Assembly (NCBI GenBank): GCA_963780545.1
Contig: CAWACK010000016.1
Location: 8,908-72,907, forward strand
DNA length: 64,000 bases
Origin: Candidatus Bathyarchaeota archaeon
GTDB taxonomy: Archaea > Thermoproteota > Bathyarchaeia > TCS64
Reading direction: 5' to 3'
Position numbers and translations under genes: made by a program
The notes under the pieces: generated by a model
The model's input: only the letters and a program-made list of their open reading frames with translations
The model's database searches: none
What the model was told of the DNA's origin: nothing
Shown here: piece by piece, positions 50,548 to 61,102 of the stretch
How positions within the stretch are numbered: the stretch's first letter is position 1
How the letters are laid out: every line of letters starts with the position of its first letter

Positions 50548-51198
50548 CTAGGTGCCCCAGAGAGATGCCTTACCCATGTACTCGTTGACCTCCCACTCCC
50601 TGACTGCTACGTTGTCAATATCTACGACATAGATGGCGTGGAGTCTCGCGTTTCTTATCTCCTCCATGCTGACGGGTGGGTTGCTATAGTAGAGGTCGCA
50701 GAGTCGTTTAATGTAGTTGCACTCCTCCTCGGTGCGGAACCGGGGAGGCTTGGTAAGGCAAGGCGGTGTCTGGAGGACATAATATGGGGGAGTGGCTAGG
50801 ACGAACTTGCTGGCGTATCCACTGTAGCGGGTAATCTTGCTCGCCGTCCTTGCTCTGAGGTAGACGAGGGGGTCGATTGCATTCTCGGGAGGCACGAAGC
50901 CTGTCTCAGCCTCAACTATTAGGCTGCCTAGTCCCTTCTCGGCGTAGACATCTGTGCTCACCCCGTCGACAGCGGTCTCAAGCTTCACATCGAAGCCCGC
51001 CTCTATGAGGTGGGCGGCGCAGACGAGCTCCATGACCGAGTGGTTGATCTTCACCCTGTTTTGGCGGTGCATCGCCTCGAGGTCGTCCCTGAGGACTCGG
51101 ATCTGATCCCTGTGATTGGGGTCCAACCTCTCGAGAATCTTGGACATAACCGAGTCAATGTCCCTCATGAACTCCTCGGTAGACCCTTTTGCCCCCAT
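50548..51198 (-). CDS. Conserved archaeal protein, possible PD-(D/E)xK fold
   Basis: HSVMELVCA...DVYAEKG...VEAETGFVPPE. Confidence 0.55.
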   Translation of the reverse strand: MGAKGSTEEFMRDIDSVMSKILERLDPNHRDQIRVLRDDLEAMHRQNRVKINHSVMELVCAAHLIEAGFDVKLETAVDGVSTDVYAEKGLGSLIVEAETGFVPPENAIDPLVYLRARTASKITRYSGYASKFVLATPPYYVLQTPPCLTKPPRFRTEEECNYIKRLCDLYYSNPPVSMEEIRNARLHAIYVVDIDNVAVREWEVNEYMGKASLWGT

Positions 51199-51306
51199 TT
51201 ATGCACCGGAGCCCTTACTCTCATTCAGTGAAACTAACTATTAAAGTGAACCGGTGACCCACCGAGGAGATAAATACATCGATAAAATACGGTTAGGCGA
51301 CCCAAG

Positions 51307-51612
51307 ATGCCTGAGAAGAGCGTATGGGAAATATTCTGTGAGGAGTGCCCCGGCGTCAGCGACGCCTACTCGAAGCTAAGCCAATCTATTGCCTCTCATG
51401 GAGGCATAGACGAGAAGACCCGGCTCCTCATCATGATAGGGATCTATTCAACAACCCGGGACCCTGTGGCGCTGCGTCACTTCGTTAGGATGGCGATGAA
51501 GGCGGAGATACCTAAGAAGCAGATAGAGGCAGCTGCGCTGATGGCATTCAATACCGGTGTGACGAATGCGGAGCTTTCCATCCCAATCATAGCAGAGATT
51601 ATGAAGAAATGA
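51307..51612 (+). CDS. Carboxymuconolactone decarboxylase (CMD/AhpD-like) protein
   Basis: IDEKTRLLI...H...A....I....I pattern. Confidence 0.75.
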   Translation: MPEKSVWEIFCEECPGVSDAYSKLSQSIASHGGIDEKTRLLIMIGIYSTTRDPVALRHFVRMAMKAEIPKKQIEAAALMAFNTGVTNAELSIPIIAEIMKK

Positions 51613-52030
51613 GTTCGCCGAGATCCATTTTCTCTAAACCTATTTCTTTTAGGAAGCCAAACTCCTCGACGCGGTAGAGGTGACTAGGGCAGCCGCAGTC
51701 GCTGCAGCCGAATCGGGGGACGGATTCACCCCTCTCCGCCACCTTTTTCGCTATCTCGCACTCCATCCTGATCGACCTATCCGTGGCGTATATCTCCTCC
51801 ACCTCGACCTCGGGGCGACGAAGGAGATAGTCGATGTGCCAATGAATCGCCCTACCCTGACCCCTATTGGTCTTCAGGTGCCTACTAAGGCGAGGCATCA
51901 AGCTGTTCAGCGCCGATCCCACGTATACGTATAGTCCCTTCGGGAATGATATCACGCCGAGTGCGCCTACATTTACCTCCACATCCTCATTTACACGCAT
52001 GCAGAGGCAGTAGCTTCCCCGTATGACCAT
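51599..52030 (-). CDS. GIY-YIG/Uri superfamily nuclease (DUF123)
   Basis: GSYCL, GLYVYVGSA, HWHIDYLL, FGCSDC.C.SHL. Confidence 0.85.
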   Translation of the reverse strand: MVIRGSYCLCMRVNEDVEVNVGALGVISFPKGLYVYVGSALNSLMPRLSRHLKTNRGQGRAIHWHIDYLLRRPEVEVEEIYATDRSIRMECEIAKKVAERGESVPRFGCSDCGCPSHLYRVEEFGFLKEIGLEKMDLGELISS

Positions 52031-52062
52031 TGCTGCAGATAGGAGGCGCGGTGAATAAATTG

Positions 52063-53987
52063 CTATTTTAGGTGCTGGTTGAACCAGTCGATCATGTCGT
52101 GAAGTCTGAGCTTCCTTATGGTGGGGCGTGCAAGGTTACGGAAGCTGTGGCTTCCCTCCATGTAGAGGATGAGCATTAGCCTCCTTTCCAAGGTATTTTA
52201 GAGCAGTATACATCTGGATGCTTTGATCGATCCAACATCGATTGTCGTTGTAGCTATGAATTAACATACGTAGGTGTGGTAACGTTCTTCACGTATGTCA
52301 GCGGTGACTTCTCAGCGTAGGCGGCTGGGTTACTCCAAGGGTCACCGCCGATCTGGTCAGGGCCGAAGTGGAATCCTATGTCAGTGGTTCCGAAGAAGCT
52401 GACCCAGTTGCATATGCTGTTCTGGCTCAGGGCACACTTGAAGCGGTCAGTATGGCCGATGACCCAGTTAGTCATGAAGCCGCCGTAGCTGAGGCCCGTG
52501 ATTGCGATCTTTGTCTCATCAATCCAGTCGTAGGCGCTTAAGGCATGGTCTACGACCTCCATGAAGTCCCGGTAGTCACGGGTGCCATAGCGGAACCTGA
52601 TGTCGGCAAACTCCTGGTCATAACCGTCGCTGCCGCGTATGTTAGCGTAGACAACTACATAGCCTTCGGCGGCGTAGATCTGGTGCTCGAACATCGGAGC
52701 GTAACCGTACTTGCTCTTAGGGCCGCCGTGGATGTCGAAGATGGCGGGGTACCTCTTCCCATTCTCCCACATATAAGGTTTGAGGAGCCAACCCTCGATA
52801 GCAGCGCCATCGCTGGCTTCGAAGGTGAAATGCTCGCCATTGATCATAGGCGCCTCAGCCAGTGGGGCCTCCGTGAAGTGACTGATCTTCGTCTCCTTCT
52901 CACCATTCTTAACGTAGACCTCCATCGGCTCAGCGATGCCTGTACGGGTATAGGCAACGTATCCTCCCCTAACCGAGAATTCCTCCACGCAGAAGTCGCC
53001 AATGGCCACAGGAGTGATATCACCATCGTCGGGTCTAATACTTTGGAGAACATACCTACCACCGTCACTGAGGGGGAAATAGATCCTGTCGCCATCCCAG
53101 ACGGGGTTCGGGGATCCAGCCACTTGGCTGCGCAGGTCGTTATAGACAAAGCGGCCGCTTCCTCTGCTGAGCTTCGCGGTGAGATCAGTGGGTTCGCCGC
53201 CTAAGGACGGGATTACCCAAACTGTTATGTGGGTCGGGTAGCCGTGGCTCAGGTCGTTGCCAGAGAAGTATAGTAGATCATCATCAGGGGACCAACCGAG
53301 GCTGGCGATGGTGTGCTTCTCGAGTATCCTCCTGCAGTCGCTCATTTTCAGGTCAATTACGTAGAGGGTGGTTTCACGTGGGGCGAGCTCCGTCTCGGCG
53401 ATTGCGTAGGCAACGCGCTCACTTTTGTTTGAAGGGGCGTAACATGCGACATCTGCTTCACCATCCGTGATCTGCTTAACCATCCCTGAGGCTATGTCCA
53501 CAAAATGCAGGTGCTTTCTCCTGTAGTGTGTCCAGCCAACTGCATCGAACCAGAATGGGATGTGCTCCATTGTGCGTTTGTCCTTCGGCTCCTCACCAAC
53601 ATAGCTAAGATAGTAAATTCTTTTGCCGTCGCCACTCCATGCGGGTTGCTCGACACCCCCCGGTGCCCTACAGACTAGGCGGGGCTCCCCACAGAGAGTA
53701 GTGACCAAAATCTCTGCCCCATTCTCCCCCTCTTTCAGCCCCCTGTTTGAGACGAAGGCGAGCTGCGATCCATCCGGGCTCCAGGTGGGGCTTCGAGCAT
53801 TCTCCCAGAACTTCTTAGGCGAACCATCTTTGGAGTCGACGAGGTATAAGGTTGGGATATAGATGTCTCCCTGCACCCTCGTCGCGACATAAGCTAAGCT
53901 CTCACCATCGGGTGATAACTGAGGTTGGGAGACCATTACAAACTTATCCAGATCCTCTATCTCTAGCCTTCTCGGCATGTTAATCAC
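52063..53987 (-). CDS. S9-family acylaminoacyl peptidase, two extra bases near 52268 and 52176
   Basis: Beta-propeller repeats, IHGGP, GLSYGG; corrected tail LIHSYNDNRC...EGSHSF...DWFNQHL* restores the catalytic Asp and His; span is 3n+2. Confidence 0.88.
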
Positions 53988-54073
53988 TGAACGTAAACTA
54001 TCATGGGACCGGATTTAAGATTGGGCAGATGGACCTGCAAAGTTTTTTCTCTATTATGCGCTGACACTGTACC

Positions 54074-55249
54074 ATGGTTCTCAAGTTAAAGGACGAGTTC
54101 CCACTACTGAGGGGGAAGATACACTTCGATACCGCGACTACAGGAGTCGTGCCTGCCTCAACTCTCAAGGTGATGGAGGATTACGTCGCCGATGTAACCG
54201 CAATGTTCCGGGGGGAATGCCCTTGGCAGAGCGGTACCGCGGACTGGGCGAAGCGCCGCCTTAACTCGAAGAAGCTATTCGCCGAGGTCATTGGTGCCCG
54301 GGAGGAGGAGGTCGCCTTTATACCTAATGCCACCGCCGGCATCAACACAGCCCTTAATATGGTTCCAATGAAGAGGGGCAGCAACATCGTCGCAACGAAT
54401 CTTAGTTACCCTATGACCGCAACAGTCGTCAATAGGCAGAGGGATAGAGGAGCCAAGCCAAAGTTCATCAAAAACAAGAAGGGCATAGTCACATTAGATC
54501 AGTTCGAGAAGGCTGTCAATGATAGGACAGCCGCCGTCGTCGTAGACCAGCCAAGCTGGTTCAATGGGTACCTCCATGACCTCGACGGCCTCGCCGAGGT
54601 ATGCCACGCCCACGGTGCCAAGCTCGTCGTCGATGGTACACAGTGCGTAGGCAGTCTCGCCTGGGAAGCCGATCACTGGGGAGTCGACTTCGTAGCCACA
54701 AGCACATATAAATGGCTCATGGGCGGCCACTACGGTCAATCCGCTGGGTTCCTCTTCGTCTCGAAGGTTAACATCGACGCCACTCAGCCCATCTACGTAG
54801 GCGAAAAGACTCTCGAGCCCGAGGTAGGGGAGAAGAACACCACCGACGAATTCACACTCTACGATTTCAAGCCCCGTAAGGGTATAGAGCGCATAGAGGT
54901 TTTCCCCCGACAGGAGATTAGCTATGTAGCCGTCGAGAACTCCATGAAGGTACTGTTAGCCTACGGGAAGAAGGCGGTGGAGAGACAGGTGAAGGATGTT
55001 GACAACACCCTAATCGAGGAGCTTACTAAAAGACACTTCAAACTACAGACACCAAAAGAGGAGGAGAAGAGGATATACATCAACGTCCAAGTTCCAGATT
55101 ATAAAACGGTCGCTGAGAAGCTGCTCGCTAGAAACGTGTACATAGCTCCGAGGATCGGTGGATTACGTATGAGCCCACACTTCTACAACACCGAGGAGGA
55201 GGCCGTCGCACTCGTCAAGACCCTCCGCGAGATCACCAAACCCCGGTAA
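54074..55249 (+). CDS. Class V aminotransferase/cysteine desulfurase-like PLP enzyme
   Basis: VDGTQ, STYKWLMG, LRMSPHFYNT. Confidence 0.85.
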   Translation: MVLKLKDEFPLLRGKIHFDTATTGVVPASTLKVMEDYVADVTAMFRGECPWQSGTADWAKRRLNSKKLFAEVIGAREEEVAFIPNATAGINTALNMVPMKRGSNIVATNLSYPMTATVVNRQRDRGAKPKFIKNKKGIVTLDQFEKAVNDRTAAVVVDQPSWFNGYLHDLDGLAEVCHAHGAKLVVDGTQCVGSLAWEADHWGVDFVATSTYKWLMGGHYGQSAGFLFVSKVNIDATQPIYVGEKTLEPEVGEKNTTDEFTLYDFKPRKGIERIEVFPRQEISYVAVENSMKVLLAYGKKAVERQVKDVDNTLIEELTKRHFKLQTPKEEEKRIYINVQVPDYKTVAEKLLARNVYIAPRIGGLRMSPHFYNTEEEAVALVKTLREITKPR

Positions 55250-55297
55250 ACCCTTTTCTTCCCGACCCAGATATCTCTCCTAAGTCGAGGTGTTTGC

Positions 55298-56536
55298 ATG
55301 AAGGTTCTGGTAGTCGGAAACGGTGCCAGGGAACATGCCATCGCCAAGAAACTCCGTGAGGACGGAACCGACATCGTGGCCGCGATGGCGAAACGTAACC
55401 CCGGCATCGCTTCTATCTCAGAGCGTTTCGAGATCATGGATATCAACAAGCCAGAGGACTACAACCGCTTCAGGGGCGTTGATATCGCATTCATCGGCCC
55501 TGAAGCCCCCCTCGCAGCTGGGATAGCCGACCACCTCAACTCTATGGGGATCCCAACTGTGGGTCCGGTGAAGAGCCTCGCCCGCCTCGAGTGGAGCAAA
55601 AGCTACACTCGTCTAATCCTCCGGGAGTATGGGATCCCCGGGAACCCCGACTTCAAAATCTGCCGAGACCTCTTCGAGGTCAAGAACTTCCTCAAAGACC
55701 ACCCCAGCGTAGCAGTCAAACCAGACGTGCTAACAGGCGGGAAAGGGGTGAAACTTACGGGAGAGCACCTTCACTCGGAAAAAGAGGTGGAGCAGTACGC
55801 AGCGGAGCAGATAGAGAAAGATGGACTCGTCGTTTTAGAGGAGAAGCTAAAGGGGAAGGAGTTCACCCTACAGGCCTTCGTCGATGGAAAGCACGTCGAG
55901 GTGATGCCCCTCGTCCGCGACTTCAAGCGAGCCTACGACGGTGACAAAGGGCCAAACACCGGGAGCATGGGAAGCTACAGCAGCCCAGATCACAGCCTCC
56001 CCGACATCCCAGCTACTGTGGTGAAGAAGGGGGTCGAGATTATGAGGTCGACGGTCTTAGCACTCACAGAGTCCGTAGGCGAGTACCGCGGCTTCCTATA
56101 CGGCGGATTCATGAACACAGAGAAGGGTGTCTATCTCATCGAGTACAACGCGAGGCTAGGAGACCCCGAGGCCATCAACGTTCTAGCCCTCCTCGACGAC
56201 TCCCTCGTCGAGACCGGATTCAAGATTGTTGATGGAAAACTAAGCAAACCATCATTCAGGAACGAGGCGACGGTCTGCGTCTACATCGTACCAGAGGGAT
56301 ACCCGGAGGCCCCGAAGAAGGACAAACCACTTACGGTCGGCGCCTTGACTTACTCGGAGCCCTACTACGCCTCGGTGTACGAGGACGGTGGCATAATAAG
56401 GACCACAGGAAGCAGAGCCGTCGCCCTACTCGCGAAGGGGAAAACGGTCTCCGAGGCCCGCGATAAGGTCTACTCAGACGCCTCCGCGGTTAGAGGAGCA
56501 CTCTTCTACCGCCGCGACATAGCCGCCGGGGTCTAA
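55298..56536 (+). CDS. purD: Phosphoribosylamine--glycine ligase
   Basis: VGNGAREHA, IGPEAPL, GPNTGSMG, EYNARLGDPE. Confidence 0.95.
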   Translation: MKVLVVGNGAREHAIAKKLREDGTDIVAAMAKRNPGIASISERFEIMDINKPEDYNRFRGVDIAFIGPEAPLAAGIADHLNSMGIPTVGPVKSLARLEWSKSYTRLILREYGIPGNPDFKICRDLFEVKNFLKDHPSVAVKPDVLTGGKGVKLTGEHLHSEKEVEQYAAEQIEKDGLVVLEEKLKGKEFTLQAFVDGKHVEVMPLVRDFKRAYDGDKGPNTGSMGSYSSPDHSLPDIPATVVKKGVEIMRSTVLALTESVGEYRGFLYGGFMNTEKGVYLIEYNARLGDPEAINVLALLDDSLVETGFKIVDGKLSKPSFRNEATVCVYIVPEGYPEAPKKDKPLTVGALTYSEPYYASVYEDGGIIRTTGSRAVALLAKGKTVSEARDKVYSDASAVRGALFYRRDIAAGV

Positions 56537-56553
56537 CATACAAGTTAATAGGA

Positions 56554-57156
56554 ATGATAGAGCAGGACATTAGATATCAGGTGGGTACTTTGAGCAACGG
56601 AGAAAACAACAAGCTGGCGCGCCTCGAAGCAGTACTTTACGCTTCGGGGAGGCCGCTCAGCTTAGCCACGATCGTCGCCCACCTCAAACTCGAAAATGAG
56701 CAAGAGGCGAAGGCACTCTCCGTTCACTTGGGGGAAATCTACGAACAAGATGGGAGTCCCTTAGAGGTCAAGCACCTCCCCGAGGACAGGGTCGTTATTC
56801 AGCTTAAGACTGATTACACGAAGGAGGCGCGTAAGTTTAGCATACGCCCCCTACTAACCGTGGGCCCCCTCCGAACCCTTAGCTACATAGCATACAACCA
56901 GCCCATCGAGCAGAGGGAGGTCGCCATAGCGCGAGGCAGCCAGGCATATCAACACATTAAACAGCTGGTTCAGATGGGACTCATCGAGAAGGAGAAAGGG
57001 AAGGGGAGGACCAAGCTATTGAAGACGACGAACGACTTCGCCGACACACTTGGCTTGAGCCGCGATCGCTCCGCGATGAAGCGACAACTCCGCAGTCTAT
57101 TCCACAGACTCGAGGCCGAAGATCTCCAGGGAAAGACGGAGAAGAAGGATCATTAA
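56554..57156 (+). CDS. scpB: SMC-Scp complex subunit ScpB
   Basis: LEAVLYASGRP, LRTLSYIAYNQPI, RG......IK.L...GLI. Confidence 0.88.
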   Translation: MIEQDIRYQVGTLSNGENNKLARLEAVLYASGRPLSLATIVAHLKLENEQEAKALSVHLGEIYEQDGSPLEVKHLPEDRVVIQLKTDYTKEARKFSIRPLLTVGPLRTLSYIAYNQPIEQREVAIARGSQAYQHIKQLVQMGLIEKEKGKGRTKLLKTTNDFADTLGLSRDRSAMKRQLRSLFHRLEAEDLQGKTEKKDH

Positions 57157-57196
57157 TGATTTATTCATATGCGACAGAAATTGTCTAGGTGAACTT

Positions 57197-58279
57197 TTGC
57201 CCGGGCCCTTCCCCTATGTGAAAGTCTCCGGTACTCCTAAAGAATGCGGTGTGATGTATGGGAAAGCCGCGAAGAAACAGATCCATGCCAACGTCAACTA
57301 CTACCTCGGCCTATGGAGCCGAATATGTGGCATGACGAAGAATGAGGCTTTAAAGAAGGCGGCCTCAACGGCGAACCCGATAAAGAAATACGACTCCGAA
57401 ATCTACAAGGAGATCGAAGGGATAGCCAAGGGCTCAGACTCTAAACTGGAGGAGATCTTGGCACTCAACACTAGGTATGAGCTTCTCTTCAGCCAGGTTC
57501 AAGATTCCCCCGGTGGCTGTACTGCCCTAGCCGGTCTCAACAACGCGACAATGACTGGTCACACAATCCTCGCCCAAAATTGGGACTATCGACCAGGGAT
57601 GAAGGAGGGGAGCGTCACCCTCGAGATCCATCAGGAAGGAAAACCAGCCATTTTGCTGAACACGGAAGCGGGGACTGTTGGCCATAAGGGTCTGAACTCG
57701 AACGGCATCGGCGTCGTTCTAAACGCCCTCGTCAGCGACAAAGACTCATTTGAGCCCTATCCCCCAATCCTAGTTCAATGCAGGAAGATCCTCAACAGCG
57801 AGACACTCAACGAGGCGATGATCTCAGTTTTGTCGGCGAAAAGGAGTGTATCAGCGAACGTCATCGTTGCTCAAGCGGGCGGTGTAGCTGTAGACTTCGA
57901 GATGACTCCATTGGATACCTCCATCATGACGCCTGAGAATGGCTTCATAGTCCACACTAACCACTTGATCGGTCCACGAAGTCTCTCAGTCAGAGATAAG
58001 TTCGTCTCCCAGATACCAAACAGCGTCTACAGGCTCAGCAGGACGAACTCTAATCTCCACCAATGGAATGGTCGCATAAGCATCGAGGGGATACAGGAGA
58101 CTCTCAGAGACCACTTCGGGAAACCCTATAGCGTCTGCACCCATCCCAATCCAGAGGTCAACGAGGACCTCCAAGGTGAGACATTAGCCTCTGTTATAAT
58201 GGACTTGGATGAGCGGAGCCTCTACATCACAAAGGGGCCACCGTGCCTGAGTGAGTACGAAAAACTCACTCTAAGTTAA
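57197..58279 (+). CDS. C45-family Ntn-hydrolase/peptidase
   Basis: LNTRYE, GCT autoproteolysis site, AQNWD, HTNH. Confidence 0.87.
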   Translation: MPGPFPYVKVSGTPKECGVMYGKAAKKQIHANVNYYLGLWSRICGMTKNEALKKAASTANPIKKYDSEIYKEIEGIAKGSDSKLEEILALNTRYELLFSQVQDSPGGCTALAGLNNATMTGHTILAQNWDYRPGMKEGSVTLEIHQEGKPAILLNTEAGTVGHKGLNSNGIGVVLNALVSDKDSFEPYPPILVQCRKILNSETLNEAMISVLSAKRSVSANVIVAQAGGVAVDFEMTPLDTSIMTPENGFIVHTNHLIGPRSLSVRDKFVSQIPNSVYRLSRTNSNLHQWNGRISIEGIQETLRDHFGKPYSVCTHPNPEVNEDLQGETLASVIMDLDERSLYITKGPPCLSEYEKLTLS

Positions 58280-58329
58280 GAACGATCAAAATCCTTTATA
58301 GCAGCTTTTGCGTGGGGACTTCGATTGCA

Positions 58330-58464
58330 TTGAGCGAACAAGCAACAAATCCTATCTATCTGATAGCAGCGATTGTTGTGCTATTACCCGGCGCTTACTT
58401 CGCTTGGATGGTGATTAAAGGTCTCTTACTCACCCTCAGACAGAGCAAGGACGATGACCTCTGA
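58330..58464 (+). CDS. 44-aa single-TM small protein (not in ORF track)
   Basis: TTG-MSEQATNPIYLIAAIVVLLPGAYFAWMVIKGLLLTLRQSKDDDL*; TTTATA at 58295-58300. Confidence 0.55.
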   Translation: MSEQATNPIYLIAAIVVLLPGAYFAWMVIKGLLLTLRQSKDDDL

Positions 58465-58583
58465 TAATGTACGAATACGCTAGTTTCTCACGTGATCTAC
58501 GCCCAGACCCAAGAACATCGAGTAGTGGGGGACTGACCCTTGGAGGCTAATAGAGTTCCACATCCAAATACGGGGTAGTTAGG

Positions 58584-59301
58584 ATGATCGACACTATACT
58601 ATTCGACAACTGGAACACCTTGGTAAAGGCGCCAGGTCTGATGAGAAGCGGTTCATCGGTAGAGATTTTTCAGCAAAGCTTCCAGTGCAGGGGACTTAAA
58701 TACGACTGCGACGGCTTCGTTGAAGCCTACAGAGTTGTTGCTAGGCAACAGATAGCCGAAGCTGAGGCAAACGACTGGACTGAGATCGACTATCTTGGGC
58801 GACTTATACTGGTTTTAGGGCAGCTCGGGGTCCAGGAGCCGTCGAGGAGTCAAATGGCTGTTAGGGCTTGGGACGACTACCTAGCCGAGTGGCCCAGGCA
58901 GACAAGCTTCTACCCAGAGACCCCCGCGGTCCTAGAGCGGCTACGGGGCGAGTATAAACTGGGTGTTGTCACAAACTTTATGGACGGCCCAACCGCCCGA
59001 AAGGTCTTCCACAAACTCGGCTATGAAGCCATTTTTGATTCTCTCGTCGTCTCATCCGAGGTCGGATACATGAAACCCTCCAGCATCATTTTCGATAGGG
59101 CGCTCAAGGAGTTGAACTCCAAGCCTGGAAACTGCGTAATGGTTGGTGACAGCTATCCGGCCGACGTGGTCGGAGCCCACAGATCGGGGATGAAGGGGGT
59201 ACTCATCGATCTGGGGGGTGTCCCAGAGGAACAGCGAAGTTGCTCGGACGCCGTCATCGAGAGGCATCAGTGAATTCCCCGATGTCCTCAGGAGACTATG
59301 A
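58584..59301 (+). CDS. HAD-superfamily hydrolase, probable extra base near 59263
   Basis: FDNWNTL, MKP...IF, MVGDS..ADV.GA; corrected tail ...ISEFPDVLRRL*. Confidence 0.82.
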
Positions 59302-59347
59302 AGAGTCAATCTTTTTAGCTCAACCTCCTCAAAGACAGGCGATACCG

Positions 59348-60355
59348 ATGACGACTGAAGGAATATGGCGGTTCGCACACAGATTACCCCGAATAAAAGA
59401 GGAATACAGACAAACCCTAGGCGAGGGCGGTACACCTCTAATTAGACTCAGCGGGATGAAAATCTGGGCCAAGGTCGAGGCAATGAACCCGACATCTAGC
59501 TTCAAGGATAGAGGCGTCGCCTACCTAATCAGCAAAATAGCTGAGGAGGGCGCTAATCGAGTCGTCATCGACTCCAGCGGAAACGCGGCAGTCAGTACAT
59601 CCGCCTACTGCGCACGGGCAGGAATCAAGCTCATCGCCGTGATGCCCGGATATAGCCACGCTGAGAAGAAGACGCAGGTCCTCTGGCACGGCGCAGAAAT
59701 AATTGAGGTCGCCAACAGGGACACGGCCCGCATCTACGCGCGAAGGATCTCGAAGGAGCTAGGTATCAGGTACATAGGTGTAGCTCTTGAACCCGCCGCC
59801 GTCCCAGGGTTCAAGACCACCGCCTACGAGCTTAAGGAGGAGCTGACTGCGGAAGCAGTCTTCATCCCCACTGGAAGCGGCACAAACCTCGTCGCCATCG
59901 GTCAGGGCTATAGAGAACTTGAGAAGGCCGGAGAAATGGATCAGGTCCCAGAGATGCACTGTGTCCAGTCAGCAGCCTGCGCTCCCATATCCAGCGAATT
60001 CACCGACTACAAACCCATAACAAGCACCCTGGCAGAGGGCGTCATCGTACCAATCTCAGAGAGGAAGGACGACGCGGTGAAGACTGTTAAAGCCACGGGG
60101 GGGAATGGGTGGGTCGTAGACGACGAGGATATCTATAGGGCCCTAAACATCTTAGCGACCAACGGCATCTACGCGTCCCCCACAGGAGCTGTGGGCATCG
60201 CCGGCGCCATCAAGGCGAAGCATAGAGGCGACGTCGTCTGCATAGTCACAGACAGCGGCCTCAAGTCGAACCTGATGCTCGACGGATTCAAGGATAGGAT
60301 GACCAGAATCACAAACGACGCTGAGCTGGAAAGATTCATTGCGAGGCCAGGTTAG
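59348..60355 (+). CDS. thrC: Threonine synthase-like PLP enzyme
   Basis: TLGEGGTPL, NPTSSFKDRG, SSGNAA, PTGSGTNL. Confidence 0.8.
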   Translation: MTTEGIWRFAHRLPRIKEEYRQTLGEGGTPLIRLSGMKIWAKVEAMNPTSSFKDRGVAYLISKIAEEGANRVVIDSSGNAAVSTSAYCARAGIKLIAVMPGYSHAEKKTQVLWHGAEIIEVANRDTARIYARRISKELGIRYIGVALEPAAVPGFKTTAYELKEELTAEAVFIPTGSGTNLVAIGQGYRELEKAGEMDQVPEMHCVQSAACAPISSEFTDYKPITSTLAEGVIVPISERKDDAVKTVKATGGNGWVVDDEDIYRALNILATNGIYASPTGAVGIAGAIKAKHRGDVVCIVTDSGLKSNLMLDGFKDRMTRITNDAELERFIARPG

Positions 60356-61023
60356 AAGCTCTCCGCCACCTCGACGAGGTCAATGAGGTCGTCAACCATT
60401 CTATTGCACCCCGCCTCAGCGAGCCTCTTCCCCCACTCCTCGTCACGCTTATACCCAATGAACTTGACCCTCGCCGCCTCGGCGGTCTCAAGATCGGTTG
60501 AGGTGTCCCCGACGAAGATGACTTCGGAGGGATCCGACTTTAAGTGAATTATTACATCGAGGAGGTGACGTGGATCCGGCTTCGGATAAGGGGTGTCATC
60601 CCTTGCGAGGCATTTATCAACATATCCATTTAGGCCAGTGAGCCTCATGCTCTCGATGGCGTACTCTCTGCATCCCCTCGTAGCTACCCCGATGGCGAGG
60701 CCACGCTGCCTCAGAGCTAAAAGCGTCTCCCCCGCATTCCTCATGGGTTTCGAGAGGTGAGCGCCTTCAAGCTCGACCCTGTTCATGATCTTCACCATAT
60801 CGGCGGTTATCACTGGGCGCCTTTCTGGGTCGACACCCATCTCAGCGAGGACCCTATCCCCTCCCCTGATTATCTGATAGATCTTACGCCTGTCGCTGAG
60901 GTGCTCATCAGCCACTCCCGCGGTGGAGAGAACCTCCCTGATCATCCCCGCCATCCTCTCGTAGTCAATCTTCGAGTCGATGAGGGTACCGTCGAGGTCG
61001 AAGACCATAGCCTTGAGCCGCAT
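60352..61023 (-). CDS. HAD-superfamily phosphatase
   Basis: FDLDGTLIDS, PKPDP, VGD...D. Confidence 0.88.
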   Translation of the reverse strand: MRLKAMVFDLDGTLIDSKIDYERMAGMIREVLSTAGVADEHLSDRRKIYQIIRGGDRVLAEMGVDPERRPVITADMVKIMNRVELEGAHLSKPMRNAGETLLALRQRGLAIGVATRGCREYAIESMRLTGLNGYVDKCLARDDTPYPKPDPRHLLDVIIHLKSDPSEVIFVGDTSTDLETAEAARVKFIGYKRDEEWGKRLAEAGCNRMVDDLIDLVEVAESF

Positions 61024-61102
61024 GCAGAGGACTGTGGATCAAAGGTTTATCAACCATCCGGCGACCCCAACAAATTAATGCCAAATACGACGATCCAAGC
61101 CC

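Noticed and set aside
52254-52256. TAG readthrough (pyrrolysine) in the S9 peptidase
   Set aside because: The continuation is in another frame, so it is an indel, not readthrough
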